From contig OZ260663.1 of assembly GCA_965285935.1 (NCBI GenBank), positions 90,954,001 through 91,018,000 of the forward strand: a stretch of 64,000 bases of DNA. Reading direction: 5' to 3'. Of this stretch, positions 57,652-64,000 are shown in pieces. A program made the translations under genes and the position numbers. This DNA comes from Ophelia neglecta. Lineage: Eukaryota. The notes beneath the pieces were generated by a model that saw only the letters and a program-made list of their open reading frames with translations, was not told where the DNA came from and made no database searches. Positions within the stretch are counted from its first letter, which is position 1, and every line of letters begins with the position of its first letter.

Positions 57652-60600
57652 CGAACTGATTTCGTGGCATTATCCACACAAAATTGGTATTGTGTTTGAT
57701 TTGCGCTACTGGTATCCAACTGTCCATTAGACTTCCCTTAACAACTAGCATCTGTCATTCCTAGCTATTGGGAGAACATACCAATAAAATACGACACATA
57801 TGTTCACACCCCAGTACACACTCTCCCAGCGTACACAGTACTTGAACTGAAATGAACTGCTGAAAGCGTTTAGACCGTAACCAGACCATGGCAGTAGAAA
57901 AAGTTTTACTACTGAAATTTGATGTTATAATTGTATCCAATGTATGTTCTATTAACACATTTTGGTGACTATAGTTCCTATAAGGAGTTTTTAGTATGTA
58001 CTAACGTTTAAGTAGACCATGGGATAATTTGTGATCGTTCCGGAATATCGCTCCCAGTTTACAGTGGTGCAAAGCGTCACGGCGATTGTACAGTCTGCTG
58101 CTACAGGGTGTATAAAAAACAATCACAGCATCAGTTTAGTTCTTTCAGTTTGCCGTACAAGTGATTTCAGCTTGTACCAGAGTATTCACGGTTACTTAGC
58201 TCGGGACCGATTTTTGTGGGCCTTCTTTGGGATTGGCCCTGATTTGGCCTGATTCAATGAATTGTTTATTAATCACCGACTGGTCCGTCTGCCGGATATT
58301 CACTCCCGTTTTTTAGGATTAAAATAAGTGTATGTCGGTTCAAATCATGGAAAAGATTAAATATATATATGCTGCTGATTTGATATATAAGCATATGTAT
58401 TCGTAAATAGGATAACATAGAATCAAAGGTAAATCTCCGATGAAAGACAGACATGTTTATTTATGTTTCATATTTCTTTATGCTGAATAGCCCACAGCTG
58501 TCCTTCCCAGGGTCCAGTTACAAAAAAAAACACAATACACAATAAATACATAAAAATAATTGCAAATGCAATAAAAATAAATAAACAGGCGTGTCTATTA
58601 CCACTCAAACATATAAATGGCTTAAAAGAGAATACATAAAGGTGAAAATGCGTAGAGGTTAAGTTCTCTATGCACGCTCGCGCGGGTTTGATATGTTTTT
58701 ATGCAAAGCCGAAAAATTTCATATATTTGACACATTGTCTTGGTATTGTTAAGTTTTATATTCCTGCATGAGTTTGTTGCGCTTGTTGCGATTCAGTATT
58801 AGAAAGAAGCTATAAGGAACACCAAACGCTACAGGTTTATAGCATTATTTATGGTAAATTTGGAACCTTAACATGTGTATTGAAAAATATACAGCCCTTA
58901 CCCACTCTTTTCAACTTTCCCAATAATTATTTGATGTTGCGGTAGAGAAATACGGTTTTGCCTCTCAGCATTTTGGCTTTACCAAGTCAGTCACCTAACT
59001 ACCTTTTCTTGCTTTGCAGCAGCAGAGATCACCAGCACTTTGGTGTAATGTGAAAGACTGTGGTGTGAAAGTTGCCTCTGTTACTAACTGATCATAAATG
59101 TCAGGAGTTGAGTTAAAATAATGGCTGTTCCCACATGTCCAAGTAGGGTACTTCTTTTTGTTACACGAGGTACGAACATCATTTGCACAGTACGATTCAT
59201 CTCTGTATAAAAGATGCATGCGCCTCGGTCTGTGCGTTTTCAAAGGGGAGTCAGCGGTCAGTGAACCGTGCCGTGCCTTTGATGTGTTTTAAGAGTCATT
59301 GCACTACAGAAAGCAGTGTCACTGTGGCGAGAAGATGTCACGGTCGCATTTCGATTAAATTTGTCCGATGTTAGACCGAGCTTCTTGCGACAGGGCTCAC
59401 AAAGAACTAAGTACATGTATATACACTTTGCGCCGGAGATATATATACTCTAGGCTAGTTCATTCACTAGTCAATTTTCATGCCCCAACAAAGAAGACAA
59501 ATGATGATCCAGCTTGGATTTTTCCTGTTTGTTATATTTATTTATCCAAAACAGCCACTTTGTTTGCAGGCAATCCCAGCTCGCCCTCTCCACATCTATC
59601 ATCCCACTCACTCACACTTTAAATACTTTCAGTTACATCATGTTTGAACTCGGCATACTGTGTCCTATACCGGCCTAGAAACTTGTTTTGGTGCTCCGCG
59701 TGTTGCCATTGTGGTTGTAGTTGTCTGTTGCTATATGTGCTGACCCAAGCCGAGGCAGCAGGGGGATTAATTAATAGTTATGGACCTTGGGATTGATGTT
59801 AAGTCAGCCTTTTTGTTCATGACTCCCAGAGACCTGACAATGCAGTTTTACACAGAAGATTTGGCTCATGACTTAGCTAGCTTACATCGAGGTGAAGCAT
59901 TGAATAATGAACTATTAACAGCCCACTTCGGGAAAGTCGAGTGTGTAATCTTTTGTTTAAATGTTGGCCTTATAAAAGTTGTTATTTGGAAAAACACACT
60001 TTTATTTTCATAGTTGAATCCAATTATCAAATATCTACGAGAAAAGTATTATCAAATATTAACGAGAAAGGAAGTTGCATGTTGTTTACATGTTGCAAAC
60101 GTTCTGTTTATAGCAAAACTAGTTTATCAAATGAAAGGCAACCAGCATTATCCGTTCCTCTACACCTACGTCTTTTCACTCTTCTGATCCCCATTTACCA
60201 TAAACAATATATTTTCCTTCTGATAGTTTCTCCTATCACTTTAGTGTTAATTCTATAGGCACTGCGAACATCAAAAAAAATTGCCTAGTAATGATAGGCA
60301 AATCTTCACGTGTGGTCTTTTCAATTGACACGACAATCCGCTGTCTTTCTTGCTGAAATCATTATTAACCCTTGGAAACAAAATTATTATTTATTAAACT
60401 CATATCTTTAATGTACACTGAATTTTGACAATGTTCTGATCTTAATTAGTTTCTACGCAACCCCACACACACAGTGTGTATGCAAATGCGTAACAACGGT
60501 GTGAACCTCATATAGAACCTAGTAGTCATGCTATTCCGCTTTGGGAAGTTCCACTGATAAGAAGAAACTGTTAGAATCCCAATCCCTTGCATTAAAAAGG

Positions 60601-60805
60601 GTGTTATTGGTTAAGAATCCTACCATTCAAATAGTTTTGTATATATAATTAAATATGCAGAATGCTATTTGCAAAAAATACCGTTCTCGTTGTCTTATGT
60701 TGTATATTAATAACATCAGTCAGTAAGCACGTTCGTTACATTCCTTATTCATTCTGTGCGATATCGAGATCTCGGAGTAATATTGGACAATAGACCATTG
60801 CCATT

Positions 60806-63800
60806 TTACGAAAACACATGTTCTGCAGTTTTCTCAGTATCCCGAAATGTGTCATAACTGTTTGTTAAGCCAACAATGGCTATAGTGCTACCCTCAGCCT
60901 GGTAATTCTGGAATGTAAGACAAAATAGATAATATATCGAAGAAATACTTAAGACACTGAAAACATATACTGCAACTCCCGGGGGGGGGGGGGGCACGCT
61001 GTATACTGAGGTTATTACATATGTGCCGCCGTTTCGACACCCCTTTTTCGACCTATGTAGAATTTCGACCCCTATATTTGGTTGAAATATAGAATTTTGA
61101 CCCCTATATCTGGCTTAAATGTAGAATATCGACCCCTGTTTTCAGCAATTTTGTAGAGTTTGCGCCTGTCATTTGATGACTGGGCGGCACATATGTACCA
61201 ATTTCCAGACTGAGTGCCCCCCCCCCCCCCCCGGGCTGCAACTGAACAAGCAATTGCACTTAAACTATTAAACAAATACATTATAAGGATGTCTTTATTT
61301 GCGTTTGGGTCTGTTTGACTAGTTTATTATTTAAGCTTACATCCCCAACTGAATACTTTTCTCTCTTGTCCGGATGTCCACGTATACATACTAGAAAACA
61401 AGGAACGATAATACAACAGAACATATAACAAACAAAGAACAGAAATATATCTGTGGTATGAACAGGTTAAATGTGGCTTGACTAGTAAGAATAATATGTC
61501 GGCATTTATACATGCAATATGGATCGAATGGAGCATGTTGTTTGGTTCAGCGATTGCTGCCATTTTCTCGTGGACATGTGGCACAGTTTGGCGAAATTTG
61601 ATGTTGACACCATGTTAAATAATACAATTATATCATATAATACAAGAATTATTACAATGTACATGCCTGATATAGAGCCAAGCAGGAGGCCTATGACCAT
61701 GGTAAGGCTCCAAGCCAGCGGAGCGTACAGTGGCGGAGAAAGGTAGTAAAGGTGACTGACATGGAAACTGGAACAAAGTGGATCGTTCAGGAGAGTTGGA
61801 AATTAAGAAAGGGAGGCAAGCAGCGACCTCTACTATTCTGTCTGTGGTTAACGCCATGGATGTCACACTTGCCAGTGCTCGGTAGCACTGTAGTTATAGG
61901 TTGCTATACAACTACTCCCCACAGGGTTTGTTTAAAAGGCTAAGTGTATAAGTTCAGAATACTATAGAAACATATCAATGGGGATATTGTGATGAAAGAA
62001 AACAAAGATACGGACCTGATTGGTTCAGGAATGTCAGTAGTAAAGATCCCACTGGTCCACGTGGTAGAAGCCACAGTAGAATAGTTGGCGACAGGGCAGC
62101 TGTCCGTTGATAGCGGTAGTTCCTGTGGCGCCAGCGGGGATGCAGGTCCAAAAATACTCCCCAGGGCGAGCCACATGGACAGCGCTAGGCTCGAGAGGTA
62201 CGCAATCATAGCACTCTGCAAAAAAATCATGCAACATGCTTCCTTATACTTTTTAATTTAACGGGCAATTCTTTTCCAAACCGAATTTCCTTTGTTGGGA
62301 GTCGAAATATTGGCCCGACTCTTCGCGTTAAGCCACAAAGGTTTGGTCCTACATTGCACTGCACATTTTTCTAAAATATCCACTTACCGGTGTATCTACG
62401 AATCTGGTGAAGACCCCTAGTGAAAAGACTCCCGCCAGAGGGCCTCCGATTGTACCCGTTAGTTTAATGGTTAGCGCGAAGACGGCCGAGTCCCTTAGTA
62501 GTAATACCAGCAATGCCAGACCGATGTTTATCACTCCGAATGCCAAGGCTAAAATACATGCATTATGGAATCGTTGTTATCAACCTATACCTTTGAGATT
62601 AATCTTGCTTATAATTAAAACATGAAGGTCCATTACATTAACAAATATCTGTCACATGGATATTCGTTAGTAGATGATTAGTGACGAGCCTATTTGTAAT
62701 GTCAATGAAAGACATCTCCTTGACTATGGGGCGAAGAATGTGGTTAAACAAGTGATAGCATATTGCTTGATAAGGAGTTCGAATTTGTCTACAATCGCCA
62801 AGAAATCACGTGGATTACATATGTATAAATTTGATAATAATCTGATTGGTGATTACACAATCCCCTAACTATGCCGATAGAGCTGGCTTCGTCCAGTGCT
62901 CGTCCAGCACACTTTTCATACAAAGGTTCAATGGTGTCTCTCAATGTCACAGCGGCCAAAGCATTCTGACCGGACGATATTGAACTGCAAATGACAAATA
63001 ATATACATAATGTACCCTCTTTTAACAAGTTCATGTGTAGGATATAGTTGCCATTGTTTTATCACTTATGCAGTAACAGACTGCAATGGCTTAGAGAGAT
63101 ATTCCGCTCATCCTTGAGTTTGGGGGCACGTGCATATGTTTCCTACAGATATAGCATAGTATGTTACAGATGCACATGTTTAATCACAATAAAAGCGTGA
63201 CTGGTTTATCATTTATTTAGTTAACAATTCATTAAACCAGCGAGGAGGTTTAGTACCACTCTATAGTAAATATGTAGGGACTTTTACATCCTTATCAGGC
63301 CTTCTTTTTATCGAGACAAATTCATCTCAAAATTATGAGAGAGCTTAGTCGACGATAGCCTCTCCTGGGAGTAATTTCATCTCTGTCCTATGCTGACCGC
63401 TGACTCGTTGTTTTGTTTGTGCTACGGCTCTCATCATGGGAAACTTTAAGGAAAATCTTATCTTCAAGGCAAGGCACAGACGTTTTTGCCTCATTTCATT
63501 ACAAGCTGCTTAAATGATTTATCTTAAATGTATTTGAAAAAAAAAACTAAATATCAATGTCCAAATATGTCATATGTTATCACATTTTATACAGACCTGA
63601 GTGCGGCTGCGCAGAGACTAGCCAAGAACAATCCGGAAACGCCTGGGTATTTACCCAGAATCTCCACTGCCAACAGTGGCACCAACTAGCGGAGAAATAC
63701 TTAAATGTATGTATTATATTTTTGACGAACATCACTGAATGGCCACACAGTTAATATATAGCAAAATATGTCCACATTTGTTATCCGTTTTGTAATAATT

Positions 63801-64000
63801 AAAATGCTGATGAATAGGCAGAACATGCATACAAATATTGAAAAGTTGTGCTATATTTAAAACAATAAGCATACATTAATTTATGAGAATAGTTGACATA
63901 TACAACAATACCTGATCCGTTCTTTCGATTACACCGGAAGTCAAGGGGTCACACTCTGCGTAATAAGAGTACATCACCATGCCAACCAGCCAAAAGAGAG
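60806..64000 (-). CDS. SLC5 sodium/solute symporter (SLC5A8/A12/A6-like), 3' part; exons 63912->64000, 63597-63685, 62857-62984, 62388-62548, 62016-62215, 61667-61767, 61341-61390, 60806-60907
   Basis: GMVMYSYYAECDPL...DQ|LVPL...YPGVSGLFLASLCAAALS|SISSGQNALAAVTLRD...|GGPLAGVFSLGVF...|LPLSTDSC...|HLYYLS...TMVIGLLLGS are typical SMCT/NIS-family motifs. The last two exons are less certain and need a GC donor. Confidence 0.88.
60978..61235. mobile_element. MITE with CCCGGG(G)n termini and 8-bp TSD
   Basis: cccggg(G)n-cac ... gtg(C)n-ggg; TSD ctgcaact at 60970-60977 and 61236-61243; internal acatatgtgccgcc/ggcggcacatatgt inverted repeat. Confidence 0.82.

Noticed and set aside
58995-59833. Minus-strand ORFs as further SLC5 exons or a separate gene
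   Set aside because: SLC5 has a better terminal exon at 60806-60907; these frames have stops and no recognisable motif.

Overview
AT-rich, intron-rich eukaryotic DNA, most consistent with a marine invertebrate (inferred from gene set, intron structure and repeat types; species not identifiable). Five spliced host genes were rebuilt by hand from GT/AG sites and reading phase: FBXL6 (5' part, minus), PQLC1/SLC66A2 (minus), ZRANB2 (plus, head-to-head with PQLC1), a GT61/EOGT-like glycosyltransferase (minus) and the 3' part of an SLC5 sodium/solute symporter (minus). Downstream of ZRANB2 is a dead Gypsy LTR retrotransposon caught in an ~8 kb tandem duplication (33486-41501 / 42096-49990) that also copies the ZRANB2 last exon and has a 594-bp foreign filler at the junction. 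The most unusual observation is the Gypsy primer-binding site: instead of the usual <=18 nt, it is a 72-nt antisense copy of almost the whole mature tRNA-Lys(CTT), CCA included, with Pol III A/B boxes facing into the LTR. Also present: a 1.9-kb element with a 9-bp target-site duplication (TSD) in the PQLC1/ZRANB2 divergent promoter, nested hAT/mariner elements, several MITEs, LINE fragments, candidate basic cassette exons in PQLC1 and a probable GC-AG intron. All coordinates and difference counts were read by eye; no database searches were run.
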